Shown one piece after another: positions 20,366 through 31,520 of a stretch of 64,000 nucleotides of DNA. Under the pieces are notes generated by a model. It was not told the origin of the DNA. It saw only the letters and a list, made by a program, of their open reading frames with translations, and did no database searches. Every line of letters starts with the position of its first letter. Positions within the stretch are counted from its first letter, which is position 1. This DNA comes from an uncultured Gemmatimonadales bacterium. Lineage in GTDB: Bacteria > Gemmatimonadota > Gemmatimonadetes > Gemmatimonadales > Gemmatimonadaceae. The stretch is taken from positions 832,001 to 896,000 of the forward strand of contig CAVPQB010000004.1 in NCBI GenBank assembly GCA_963707505.1. The letters run 5' to 3'. The position numbers and the translations under genes were made by a program.

Positions 20366-21080
20366 GAAGAAAGACGTCGGTTATGTGAGTCTCTACGCTA
20401 CGACGAGCCTGATGGCGACTCTAATAGTGGCCGGATGCGAGCCGGCGGCGAAAGATAAGACACCGCAAGCTGTGCAGACGGCTGAAGCCACTCCAGCCGA
20501 CAGCGTCTCCTCGCCCAAAGCCGCCGCGGCGGGCCCGACTGTGCTGTTCATCGGTACCAGCCTCACCGCCGGCCTCGGCCTTCGGCCGGAGCAGGCATAT
20601 CCCGCACTGATTCAGGCCATGGCCGACTCCGCCGGCACACCGCTTACAGCGGTGAACGCGGGCGTGAGCGGCGAAACGTCGGCGGGTGCGCTGAACAGGA
20701 TCGACTGGGTGCTCCGCAGCCCGGCCGACGTCGTGGTCCTGGAAACAGGGGCAAACGACGCTCTTCGGGCGCTCCCGGTTTCCGAGGCTCGATCAAACAT
20801 CGCGCAGATTCTGGATCGAATAAAGGCTGCAAAGCCGCGCGCGAAGATATTCCTCGTTCAGATGGAAGCACCGCCCAATCTCGGCCAGCAGTACACCACC
20901 GCGTTTCACAACATGTACGGCGATCTCGCGCGAGAGAAGGGCGCGACACTCATTCCGTTTTTGCTGGGTGGAGTTGCGGGACATGCGGAGCTGAATCAGG
21001 CGGATGGATTGCATCCGAATGTGACGGGCGAGAAGATCGTCGCGACGAATGTGTGGAATTCGTTGAAAGGGACGCTGTAG
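20364..21080 (+). CDS. tesA: Arylesterase/acyl-CoA thioesterase I (SGNH hydrolase), lipoprotein
   Basis: FIGTSLTAG, VNAGVSGETSAG, ETGANDALR, QADGLHPN; divergent to and overlapping ybbA at CATG. Confidence 0.88.
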   Translation: MKKDVGYVSLYATTSLMATLIVAGCEPAAKDKTPQAVQTAEATPADSVSSPKAAAAGPTVLFIGTSLTAGLGLRPEQAYPALIQAMADSAGTPLTAVNAGVSGETSAGALNRIDWVLRSPADVVVLETGANDALRALPVSEARSNIAQILDRIKAAKPRAKIFLVQMEAPPNLGQQYTTAFHNMYGDLAREKGATLIPFLLGGVAGHAELNQADGLHPNVTGEKIVATNVWNSLKGTL

Positions 21081-21125
21081 GGGTCAGGTGAGGCAAAGTA
21101 GCGAGAAGTCCGTAGAGGGCACTCG

Positions 21126-22382
21126 TCAAGATCGCCCGAGCACTCGCGCCGCCTTCATGTTCAGATAATCGCGCTCCGGAATACTCGCCGTTCCATCGGA
21201 AGCGGCGCGATAGTGAAGGATCGCGCGCGCATGATCACCAGTCATTTCGTACAGATGCGCGCGAACCGCATCGAGCCTGTAATGTCCGCGCAGCTTCTCC
21301 TCGGTATCGAGCTCGTTCACCAATACCAGACCAGCTTCCGGGCCATCCACCATCGCAACCGCAATTGCGTGGTTCAACGCGACCATCGGATTATCCGACA
21401 TTCGCTTCAACACTCCGTACAACGCCGTTATCTGCGGCCAGTCCGTGTCCTCCACACGGGTCGATCCGTCGTGTATTGCCGCGATCGCGGCCTGCAACAG
21501 ATATGGTCCAACCGATCCCGCTGCGAACGCGCTCGACACGAGCTCGGTTCCCTCGCGTATCAGCTGGTGATCCCATAACGTGCGATTCTGCTCGTCCAGC
21601 GAAATCAGCTCACCGCGAGATCCCGCTCGCGCAGCGCGGCGCGCATCTGTCAGCAGCATGAGCGCCAGCAATCCCGTGACTTCTCCATTGCTCGGTATCG
21701 ACGCGCGCAGCATGCGCGTGAGTCTGATCGCCTCGCTGGAGAGATCCACACGATGCAGTACGGGCCCGTTGCTGCTCGCGTAACCCTCGTTGAATATCAG
21801 ATACAGCACGTGCATCACTCCGCCCAATCGCTCCGCCCGCTCCTCGTCCGTCGGCATGTGGAATGCGACTCCTGACGACTTGATGCTCTGCTTCGCCCTG
21901 CTGATACGCTGTGCCATAGTCGCTTCGGGAACCAGAAACGCGCTGGCTATCTCGGCCGTCGTGAGTCCACCGACGGCGCGCAGCGTGAGTGCAACCGCCG
22001 ACGACGGCGAGAGTGCGAAATGGCAACACATGAAGAGAAGCACCAGCGTGTCGTCAGTCATCACTCCAGGATCCGCGTCAGCCGGTGACACGAATGGCTG
22101 GTCATGCGCGTGCTCGTTTGCGACCTCATCCTCGCGCCGCCGTCTCGCGCTCTCGCTGCGCATGTGATCCTTGAGACGTCTCATCGCGACGCTGAACAGC
22201 CAGCCGCGTGGATTCGTGGGAATGCCGGCAGAAGGCCATTGCGCCGCTGCTGCGATCAGCGCTTCCTGAACCGCATCCTCGGCGTCGGCGAAATCACCGC
22301 ATTTCCGCGCGACGCCGCCGAGCACCTGTGGCGCAAGCTCGCGCAACAGATGCTCAGCGGACTCATGCAGGGGGTACGTCAC
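21126..22382 (-). CDS. ECF sigma factor with C-terminal TPR-like extension (ECF42 type)
   Basis: AEDAVQEA, LLFMCCH, GGLTTAEIASAFLVPEATMAQRISRAK, VLYLIFNEGY, TDWPQI. Confidence 0.9.
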   Translation of the reverse strand: MTYPLHESAEHLLRELAPQVLGGVARKCGDFADAEDAVQEALIAAAAQWPSAGIPTNPRGWLFSVAMRRLKDHMRSESARRRREDEVANEHAHDQPFVSPADADPGVMTDDTLVLLFMCCHFALSPSSAVALTLRAVGGLTTAEIASAFLVPEATMAQRISRAKQSIKSSGVAFHMPTDEERAERLGGVMHVLYLIFNEGYASSNGPVLHRVDLSSEAIRLTRMLRASIPSNGEVTGLLALMLLTDARRAARAGSRGELISLDEQNRTLWDHQLIREGTELVSSAFAAGSVGPYLLQAAIAAIHDGSTRVEDTDWPQITALYGVLKRMSDNPMVALNHAIAVAMVDGPEAGLVLVNELDTEEKLRGHYRLDAVRAHLYEMTGDHARAILHYRAASDGTASIPERDYLNMKAARVLGRS

Positions 22383-22774
22383 GCATCCGTCGCGGGCGCA
22401 CTCATGACCGGCCGGAGCTCGATCGGCATGTAGAGCGGAGCGCCGCCAGGTCCAGGCGCCGCCGACGCCTCGGCCGCCAGTTCATAAGCACGCTCTGGAC
22501 TATCGACATCGATGATCCAGAAGCCCGCGAGGAACTCCTTTGTTTCAGGAAACGGGCCGTCCGTAATCGGCCTGCGGTCCTTGCCAGCGCGGACCAGCTT
22601 TGCCTGGCGCGGTGGCGTAAGTCCCTCGCCCTGAACGAATTCGCCGACGTCCATCAGGCGCTTGTTGAAGCTGTGCATGAACTGCATGTGTGCCTCGATG
22701 TCTCCTGGCGACCAGTTGTTGATCTGATAGTCCCCGGTTCCGGCTGGCACATTCATCATCATCATGTATTTCAT
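22379..22774 (-). CDS. YciI/DGPF-family protein
   Basis: ITDGPFPETKEFLAGFWIIDV, IELRPV. Confidence 0.9.
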   Translation of the reverse strand: MKYMMMMNVPAGTGDYQINNWSPGDIEAHMQFMHSFNKRLMDVGEFVQGEGLTPPRQAKLVRAGKDRRPITDGPFPETKEFLAGFWIIDVDSPERAYELAAEASAAPGPGGAPLYMPIELRPVMSAPATDA

Positions 22775-22825
22775 CTGTCTATTTCCTCTGCAGGTAGGTG
22801 CCCCAGGTGGCGCGTTCATAGAGAA

Positions 22826-22852
22826 GTCGGAGCCGACGCGGGATTCTCTACA
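22826..22852 (-). promoter_or_regulatory. Putative ECF42-type autoregulatory promoter
   Basis: Minus strand TGTAGA-N17-CGAC upstream of the DGPF gene; resembles the TGTCGA/CG(A/T)C motif described for ECF42. Confidence 0.5.
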
Positions 22853-22963
22853 TCCTGGCTAAAAGTTGCCGGAATCCCGCCGTCCCACCAGTGCCAGGTT
22901 GCCTGTACCAGCCCTTACTTGCTACCTTTAAAGGCTATGTACGTTTTTCCGAGGATTTGACGA

Positions 22964-23530
22964 ATGGCGATGCCAGCCACGCAGATTCGGCGGGGGATGG
23001 TTCTCGTGTTCGAGGGTGAGCCATGCCGCGTCGTTGAGTTCCGCCACCACACGCCGGGAAATCTCCGGGCGATGGTGCAGGCCAAGCTCAAGAATATTCG
23101 CACCGGCAACAGCTTCGAGCACCGGTTCCGCGCAGCGGATTCCATCGAGAAGGCCGCGATGGAAACGCACGACCTGGAGTTCATGTATCAGGGTGGCGAC
23201 ACCTATCACTTCATGAACACCGAGAACTACGATCAGATCGAGATGGACGAGGAAGCGCTGGGCGATTCCGCTCAGTGGATGCAGCCGGGCATGAAGATCC
23301 AGGCCGAGTATTACAACGGCAACCCGATCGGCATCCAGCTTCCCAACTCGCTCAATCTGGAGATCGTGGATACCGCTCCGGTCATGAAAACAGCGACGAA
23401 GACCGCCTCGACCAAGCCAGCAAAGCTGAGCAACGGCGTGACGATCAACGTCCCGGAGTTCATCGCGCAGGGTGAGCGGGTTCGCGTGAATCCGACGACC
23501 GGCGAATACATGGATCGCGCGAAGGACTGA
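22964..23530 (+). CDS. efp: Elongation factor P with non-canonical PGNLR loop
   Basis: Three-domain EF-P pattern: HHTPGNLRAMVQAKLKNI, FMNTENYDQ, KPAKLSNG..VPEFI..GERVRV. Confidence 0.93.
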   Translation: MAMPATQIRRGMVLVFEGEPCRVVEFRHHTPGNLRAMVQAKLKNIRTGNSFEHRFRAADSIEKAAMETHDLEFMYQGGDTYHFMNTENYDQIEMDEEALGDSAQWMQPGMKIQAEYYNGNPIGIQLPNSLNLEIVDTAPVMKTATKTASTKPAKLSNGVTINVPEFIAQGERVRVNPTTGEYMDRAKD

Positions 23531-23617
23531 TTGGGGCCGGAGGGCCGGCGGAGTTAGTTGCTGGCTCTCGATTGCGGGATTAGAATGAAATGCTTGGGGC
23601 CGCGCGGCCCCGAACAT

Positions 23618-23692
23618 GGTGGCTGTAGCTCAATTGGTTAGAGCACCGGATTGTGGTTCCGGGGGTTGCGGGTTCAATTCCCGTCAGCCACC
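23618..23692 (+). tRNA. tRNA-His(GTG)
   Basis: G-1 plus gtggctg/cagccac acceptor; anticodon arm ccgga-ttGTGgt-tccgg; ggttcaattccc T arm; CCA not encoded. Confidence 0.95.
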
Positions 23693-23727
23693 CCTCGTTC
23701 GGCTTGAGGGGTCTGGAAGATCAGTGT

Positions 23728-23800
23728 AGGTCCGTAGCTCAATTGGTAGAGCACCGGTCTCCAAAACCGGGGGTTGCAGGTTCGATTCCTGCCGGGCCTG
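23728..23800 (+). tRNA. tRNA-Trp(CCA)
   Basis: Anticodon arm ccggt-ctCCAaa-accgg; ggttcgattcc T arm. Confidence 0.95.
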
Positions 23801-23818
23801 TGAGAAACGATAATTAAG

Positions 23819-23850
23819 AAAGCCACCTGACTACGATCCGGTGGCTTTTT
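23819..23850 (+). terminator. Rho-independent terminator after the efp-tRNA unit
   Basis: aaagccacc...ggtggcttttt. Confidence 0.75.
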
Positions 23851-23851
23851 G

Positions 23852-24511
23852 CTATTCCGGCGTCGGCAACCCACCGCGCGCGGCACCCCGCTCTGCAACC
23901 AGCTTCGCCATCTCTTCCGCCGTCGTCCCTTTCTCACGATATCCCGCGACGACGCCAAGCCGATCCGCTTCCGGCCGATTCTGACTCATTTTCCATTTGC
24001 CTTCGATCCTCGTGATCGGAATCTCGATCCCGACGATCCCCTTCATCTGACCGACGATGAAGTCACCCGGCGCATCATCCACCTTCCACGGCGCCCGGCG
24101 GTCGCTCTCGCACAGATGCGTCAGGTCGTCCAGTTGCCGTCGAAGCCAGACATCATCGTCGATCACCCGCGGCTTTCCCCATACGTGGACGGTCGCGTAG
24201 TTCCACGTCGGGACCACCTTGCCAGTTTCGCGTTTCGTCGCGTACCAGGACGGCGTCACGTAGGCCTGCGGGCCCTGGAACACGACCATGCACTCGTCGA
24301 CCGCGGCCAGCTCGCCCCACTGACTGTTCCCACGCGCGAGGTGGCACCGGATGGTTCCAAGCCCGGCGGTGTCCGAATCGACCAGACATGGAATTGGGTT
24401 GGCCATGAGGCCTCCAGGACCGGCGGTGATGATCAGACCAAGCGGATGGGCACGCATCAAGCCGTGCTGAACGTCGAGCCGATCTTCACGGAAGTTCGGT
24501 GGCTGGTACAT
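23852..24511 (-). CDS. FMN-binding negative transcriptional regulator, PaiB family
   Basis: MYQPPNF, HLARGN, FQGPQAYVTPSWY, VPTWNYATVH, GKWKMSQNR. Confidence 0.92.
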   Translation of the reverse strand: MYQPPNFREDRLDVQHGLMRAHPLGLIITAGPGGLMANPIPCLVDSDTAGLGTIRCHLARGNSQWGELAAVDECMVVFQGPQAYVTPSWYATKRETGKVVPTWNYATVHVWGKPRVIDDDVWLRRQLDDLTHLCESDRRAPWKVDDAPGDFIVGQMKGIVGIEIPITRIEGKWKMSQNRPEADRLGVVAGYREKGTTAEEMAKLVAERGAARGGLPTPE

Positions 24512-24610
24512 GGCGATACCGGTGAGGTTGATTGACCACGAATATACGGATTTTTCATATTTTGCCCCTGATTTCAGGTCATCCGGGCCTAATCTGTCGC
24601 GCCAAATACC

Positions 24611-24725
24611 CGGGGAAGATTTCCCCGATCCCGGAATTACCGTGACAGGCGAATATTGGTGGAGCCGCGTAAGTCTCTGCGTAACAACGACTTACGGAGT
24701 CGCGAAGCGCGGCACACCCATTGCT
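24611..24725 (+). promoter_or_regulatory. Putative sigma54 promoter with IHF-like site and upstream activator-like palindrome
   Basis: cGGcacacccattGCt (GG 24711-12, GC 24723-24, N10 spacing); taacaacgactta 24682-94 (1 mismatch to WATCAANNNNTTR) inside gtaagtc..gacttac inverted repeat; cggggaa-gat-ttccccg at 24611-27. Confidence 0.7.
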
Positions 24726-24819
24726 TTTACGACCGTCTGAAGCCGGCCGCCTTTTGCGGCTCAGTCAGGCAAGCACCACTGATGGTGGTTGTCGGGAACT
24801 CACCAACAGGAGTATCTAG

Positions 24820-25083
24820 ATGAAGAAGAATTCCAACACCATGCGTGCGATTGCACTCGGCCTGAGTGTCGCCACGGCGGGAACCGCTGTTGCCCTGTAC
24901 GCAACTCCAGTGATCGCCCAGCAGACCCAGATCGCTGCGACCGTCGCTGACACGATCCCGACCAAGCCGGATACGGCCCGTCCGAAGCCCGACACGACGA
25001 TGCCGCCAATGCCGACCAAGCCGGATACGACCAAGCCAAAGCCGGACACGACCAAGCCGGCTCCAGCAGTCAAGCCGCTCTAA
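24820..25083 (+). CDS. Small secreted Pro/Thr/Lys/Asp-repeat protein
   Basis: AGGAG RBS; signal peptide ..VIA|QQ; 2 x 18-aa repeat PTKPDTxxPKPDTTxP. Confidence 0.8.
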   Translation: MKKNSNTMRAIALGLSVATAGTAVALYATPVIAQQTQIAATVADTIPTKPDTARPKPDTTMPPMPTKPDTTKPKPDTTKPAPAVKPL

Positions 25084-25107
25084 TTTTCAGCAGTTCAGAG
25101 CGGTGAG

Positions 25108-25145
25108 TGCGGGCGCGGTGTCACGACGGTGATATCGCGCCCGCA
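25108..25145. terminator. GC-rich hairpin between convergent genes
   Basis: tgcgggcgcggtgtcac-gacg-gtgatatcgcgcccgca. Confidence 0.6.
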
Positions 25146-25179
25146 GCACGTCCGCCCATTTGAACCGCGCAACGCCTCT

Positions 25180-25824
25180 CTACGGCTTGCGCGGTTTTTT
25201 TAGCGCCGAGTCGCCACTCGGCGTTCGGATGGTCGACCGCAGGTCGATCGCCTTGAGATGATTCAGCTCGTCACGCAAAACGTTGAGCTGGTTTTCGCGG
25301 TCCTGAAGGTCGCTCTCCAAACGCGTGCCGACCTTTCTGAGCAACGCACTCTGGTCCTGTTCGGCCTGCAATCGAACCGAGATCGAGTCGATGCTGCTGC
25401 GCAGCTTCAGTGTATCCGAGGTCAGCTGCGCGATCTGCGCCAGCAGGCTTTGCCGCTTCGCAACAGCGTTGTTGTTTGCCTTCTGCAGCTCGTACAGCAG
25501 CGATAACTGATCCATCGCTGCCTGGCGCCGCGATGTGTTGGGGTAGTCCCGCAGCAGGCGCTCGAACAGATCGCGCGCGCGCGCCGGATCATACGTGGGC
25601 CTGTCCGGGAAGCTGTACAGCATCGCGGCCTGGAACAGAGTCGATTCGTTTTGCAGGAGCGACGTATCGGCAGCAAGAGCAGTCGCTGCGTCGGACCAGT
25701 TGCGAGCGTCGATTGCGCTGTCGAACTGCGACGTACGCGCAGTTGCGCACGCGATGACAACGAGCATCGCGGAAGAGGCAACGGCGACGATGGTGCGACG
25801 CGCGACTGGACGACCGGCGATCAC
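25180..25824 (-). CDS. Helical coiled-coil lipoprotein, QseG/YfhG-like
   Basis: VVIAC lipobox; DPARARDLFERLLRDYP; C-terminal coiled coil ending ELNHLKAIDL; coupled to the kinase by GTGA overlap. Confidence 0.65.
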   Translation of the reverse strand: MIAGRPVARRTIVAVASSAMLVVIACATARTSQFDSAIDARNWSDAATALAADTSLLQNESTLFQAAMLYSFPDRPTYDPARARDLFERLLRDYPNTSRRQAAMDQLSLLYELQKANNNAVAKRQSLLAQIAQLTSDTLKLRSSIDSISVRLQAEQDQSALLRKVGTRLESDLQDRENQLNVLRDELNHLKAIDLRSTIRTPSGDSALKKPRKP

Positions 25825-27395
25825 GCGACCACCGACTTACTGCTGGAAGGCAGCGTAGGGGAGGCTGGCACTGTGGCTTCCGGGGACGCACGAAATGCGC
25901 CCGGAAGAAGGACGTTGAACACGGTGCCATTGCCGGTCGGGTTGTCGGCGACCCACATGACACCGGAGTGTGCTTTCACGATTTCCCGGCAGATGGTGAG
26001 TCCAAGTCCCACGCCTCTGTGCCGGACTGCGCGTCCGGACGGCGTCTGGTAGAATCGTTCGAAGATGCGTTCCTTCTCCGAATCGGGAATGCCGGGGCCG
26101 CTATCGGTCACGGTGATCCACATGACGCTGGATTCCGGTCGCTGCGACCGAACGGCGGACCAACGTGCAGGCGGAATCTGATCCGGTCGCGCCGCGAGCA
26201 GCTGCATCTCCGCACGCACCTCGCCGCCATCGGGCGAGAACTTGATTGCGTTCTCCAGCAGGTTGTCAAGCACTTGAAGAATTCGATCCTGATCGCACTC
26301 CACGAGCACCCTGTGATCCGGCTCGATCACTTCGATGTGCAGGGCATGTTCCCTCGCCGCGCTCTCGGCCTGTGCGACTGCGCGACGCACCAGCTGCGCA
26401 CCATCCGTCACCTGCATCTCGGGCTCGAGTCCGCCTTCCAGCCGCGACAGATTCAACAGCTTCGCCAGCATTCCGGACAAACGCTCGCCGCTCTGCTGAT
26501 TGAGCACGAGCAGTCTGCGCTGCTTCTCCGTCAGTGGCCCCGGGAACTTCGTCGAGTAGTATGCTGATGGTTTCCTGCATGGAAGTCAGCGGCGTCTTGA
26601 GATCGTGCGACACGCCGGTGACGAAATCGCGCTTCATGCGGTCGAGTACGGCGAGTCGCTCAGTCATCGAGTTGAACGCTCTCGCAACCTGCGCGAATTC
26701 ATCGTCGCGCGCGGTGTCGAGTCTGTAGTCGAACTGTCCCTGCGCGACCTTGCGCGTTCCTTCCGTAAGCCGGTGCAGTGGCTCTGAAATCGATCGTGCC
26801 ATCAGCGCCGAGAGGACGAGACTGAGGAACAGAATGCCCAGAGCCGCGATCCATGATATGCGCTCGGCGAGAGTCGCCGCGCTGGAGGACTGCGCGAGTC
26901 GCGCTTCCATCTCCGACTGCGATGCCTCACCAACGCGTTGAGTGAGGGCTTGCAGGGCGTCCAACTGACCCTGCAGCGCTCCCAGGGAGTCCTGCACGGC
27001 GTCCAGCGAGCCGAGTCGCGCGAATGATGCAAGTCGTTGCGTCGGCGAGTCAAGTGCGTGCCACTGGTTGGCGACTACGTCGATCTCCCTGCGCTCGCGA
27101 TCGCTGAGCGGCATCTCCTCGAGCGTCTGAAACTCCGACGCATACGCCGTCGCGAGCTGATCGAACTTGTCCAGATAGCCACGATCGCGCGTGATTGAAT
27201 ACTTGGCTGCGTTCTCGCCCAGTTGGGCGATACGCATGTACTGCTCAGTGGATGTCGCGCGCACGCGCTCGGACAGCTCCGACAGCTCATGCCCCGTAGC
27301 GACGACGCGACGGATTGTGGTGACATGATATATGAGCAGCACGCCGAGCAACGTGATGTACAGAGCGAATGCAGCACGAAGCTTTGTCGCGACCT

Positions 27396-27399
<4 letters not shown>
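25821..27399 (-). CDS. HAMP sensor histidine kinase (GlrK/QseE-like); frameshift in a G run near 26537
   Basis: 2 TMs, HAMP (DEFAQVARAFNSM), SHDLKTPL; next frame QVLDNLLENAIKFS, DSGPGI, GVGLGLTIC. Confidence 0.88.
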
Positions 27400-28760
<1,361 letters not shown>

Positions 28761-28839
28761 ACTGTTTCAATGTAAACATCGAATGCTGGCAGTCCGGCAC
28801 CGCGTGAAAATTCCTGGGGCCGGACCGGGGAACGGCGGG

Positions 28840-30555
28840 CTATGCCGTTTCGCGCCCGCCGAGTCGCTTGTCCTCGTACAGATCCCTGTCTGCAATTGCC
28901 AGGAGACCTTCCAGCGTCCGCGGTGCGTCGGGCATGAAGCGAGCGATGCCGACGGCGGACGAGAGTGTGTAGCCAAGCCCAGCCAATCCATTGCGCGCAT
29001 TCTGCTGTGCGAGCTCGGACCGGAGCCGCGCCAGCACCGTATTGGCGACCTCACCGCAATTGAGCGCAAGAGCCACGAACTCATCGCCCCCCATTCGCGC
29101 GATCACGTCAGTCTCACGAAACGTCTGCCTGAGGACTCCGGCCATCTTGACGAGAGCATCGTCACCGGCGGCGTGGCCCCACGTATCGTTGATCACCTTG
29201 AAGTCGTTCATGTCGAAGTAAAACAGGAACGACGCCTTGGTAGTGTGCTCGGCGTTCTTGAGTTGCTGCGCCGCGACTGCTTCGAAGCCACGACGGTTGA
29301 ACAGACCGGTGAGGGAATCGACGAGCGACAGCGCGCGCAGCTCGTCCTCCGCGCGACGTCTGTCGGTGACGTCGCGCGCCGTGATCGCGACACCGCGGCC
29401 GAGCGGGACTATCTGGCACGAGAGCCACTTGTCAGCAAGCGGGCCGACGCGTGGCTGAATCTCGGTCTCTGTTGCTTCACCAGTCTCGGCGACGGCAACG
29501 AGGCTCTTCAGAAGTGCGCCGTTTGCCGCGTATGGCAGTAGCTCACCGAAGCTGCGTCCGATCATGCGTGAGACATCGACGCCGAGCACAGTGCCAGCCC
29601 GCGCGTTCACCTCGACGACGCGGAAGTCGATGATCACGCCGTCGGCGTCGCGAAGCGTGTCCAGTACCGTGAAGATGTCGAGGCTGCTGTCGAGGGCGTT
29701 GCGAAAGCGAGCCTCGGAATCGCGCAACGCTTCCTCCGCACGCACTCTGGCGCTCACGTCGTGGACGATCGAGTGAAAGACGTGCCGGTCGCCAAGCATG
29801 AACTCGCCAGCGAAAATCTCCACCGTACGCTTTTCACCCGACGCCAGCTTGTGAATGCGCACCGCCGACGTATTCTCGCCACGTGAAATGCCAAGTGCGT
29901 ACGTCTTCCACTCGTCAATCGTCATCTCGGCGATGTCGGATGCGTTCATTGTGCGCATCTGTTCGCGTGTCCAGCCGTAGAAACGTTCAGCCGCCGGGTT
30001 GGCATCGAGGATGTGCGACGTCGTCACATCCACCAGAAACTGCACCGAGCCGTTGCTCTCGAACAGCTGGCGATATCGTGCCTCGCTTTCCTGAAGCGCC
30101 TCCTCCGCAATTTTCCGCGCGGTTATATCGCGGAGTGCGCCCAGCAGATGCGTACACTCTCCCCTGGCGTCCATGATCGGCGTCAGTATCGTCTCGAACA
30201 CCACGCGCCCCGCCGGAAGCATGATGTCTTCCGAGTAGATGAGGGGGGCGCGCAACTCGACAGCGGCCATGTAACGTCCAAGCGCGAACGCGGCAGCGGC
30301 GGGAGGCAGGATGTCTTGCGGACGATGACCGACGACCTGGTCCTCTCGCAAGCCCGTTACCGTGGTGTAGGCCCGATTCACCGATTCACAGCGGAACTGC
30401 CCAATACCTTCGACTCGCATGAGGAACATGCAGTCGTGCGTACTGTTGTAGATCAACTTCAGCCGTTCTTCGCGTTCGGCGAGCTCACGCGCGTGATCAG
30501 CGTCGGTCAACGTCGTCGTGTGTTGAGGTTCCGTCGGTTGGTCCTGCAACTTCAT
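28840..30555 (-). CDS. PAS-PAS-PAS diguanylate cyclase
   Basis: PAC ends RDITARK, HDVSAR, RDVTDRR; DSLTGLFNRR; RETD I-site; ARMGGDEF. Confidence 0.92.
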   Translation of the reverse strand: MKLQDQPTEPQHTTTLTDADHARELAEREERLKLIYNSTHDCMFLMRVEGIGQFRCESVNRAYTTVTGLREDQVVGHRPQDILPPAAAAFALGRYMAAVELRAPLIYSEDIMLPAGRVVFETILTPIMDARGECTHLLGALRDITARKIAEEALQESEARYRQLFESNGSVQFLVDVTTSHILDANPAAERFYGWTREQMRTMNASDIAEMTIDEWKTYALGISRGENTSAVRIHKLASGEKRTVEIFAGEFMLGDRHVFHSIVHDVSARVRAEEALRDSEARFRNALDSSLDIFTVLDTLRDADGVIIDFRVVEVNARAGTVLGVDVSRMIGRSFGELLPYAANGALLKSLVAVAETGEATETEIQPRVGPLADKWLSCQIVPLGRGVAITARDVTDRRRAEDELRALSLVDSLTGLFNRRGFEAVAAQQLKNAEHTTKASFLFYFDMNDFKVINDTWGHAAGDDALVKMAGVLRQTFRETDVIARMGGDEFVALALNCGEVANTVLARLRSELAQQNARNGLAGLGYTLSSAVGIARFMPDAPRTLEGLLAIADRDLYEDKRLGGRETA

Positions 30556-30662
30556 CTATGTATGCCGCGACGGTTAATCGGGGAGAAAGCGCTTCCAGGG
30601 TCATTTGAGAGACGATCATGCTAACATAAAGTTACCGCATCGCTCGACCGCTGTGCGCGGGA

Positions 30663-31520
30663 TTATTGGGGTGTTGACCAGTCGTAAAAGCCGCGGCCAC
30701 TCTTCTTTCCGAGCCGTCCTGCGGCCACCATCTCGCGCAGAATTGCGGGCGCGGCGTAGGTATCGCCGCCGAGTGAAGCATGCAGATGATCGGCGACCGC
30801 CAGGCGGACATCGAGACCGACGATGTCGGTAAGCTTGAGCGGACCCACCGGGTGGTTGTACCCAAGCTCCATGGCGGTATCGATGTCCGCTGCGCTGGCA
30901 ACGCCCTGTTCCAGCATCCGCATCGCCTCGAGCCCGAGGACGATTCCCAGCCGGCTGGTCGCGAAGCCTGGCGAGTCGCGGACTACGATCGCCTTTTTGC
31001 CCAGCGATTCGGCGAACGCGCGCGCCTTGACAGCCGATTCGTCGCTGGTTTTCACACCGCGGATGACTTCCACGAGTTTCATCGCCGCAACAGGATTGAA
31101 GAAATGCATGCCGACGACGCGTTCAGGGCAGTGCGTCGCATGAGCGATATCCGAGACAGACAGCGACGATGTGTTCGTCGTGAGCAACGCGTCTTGCTGC
31201 GCCGCGACGCAAATCCGTCTGAAGAGATCCTGTTTGAGCACGAGCTTCTCCGGGGCGGCCTCGATGACGATTTGCGCGTCCTCGATCGCACCGTCGAGAT
31301 TCGTCGAGAGGGATATGCGATCCATTGCGTCGCGTCGCGTCTCCTCGCTCACCTTGCCGCGCATCACGCCGGAATCGAGTGCCAGCCCGATATGCGCGCG
31401 AGCACGCTCCAGGGCGTCCTCATCCACATCTGTCAATGTTACCGTATAACCTGCTATGACGGTAACATATGCAATTCCGTGTCCCATCGTCCCGGCGCCG
31501 ATTATCGCGACGTTTGTCAT
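30663..31520 (-). CDS. 3-hydroxyacyl-CoA dehydrogenase
   Basis: IIGAGTMGHG, IEAAPE, TNTSSL, GMHFFNP, HPVGPL. Confidence 0.93.
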   Translation of the reverse strand: MTNVAIIGAGTMGHGIAYVTVIAGYTVTLTDVDEDALERARAHIGLALDSGVMRGKVSEETRRDAMDRISLSTNLDGAIEDAQIVIEAAPEKLVLKQDLFRRICVAAQQDALLTTNTSSLSVSDIAHATHCPERVVGMHFFNPVAAMKLVEVIRGVKTSDESAVKARAFAESLGKKAIVVRDSPGFATSRLGIVLGLEAMRMLEQGVASAADIDTAMELGYNHPVGPLKLTDIVGLDVRLAVADHLHASLGGDTYAAPAILREMVAAGRLGKKSGRGFYDWSTPQ

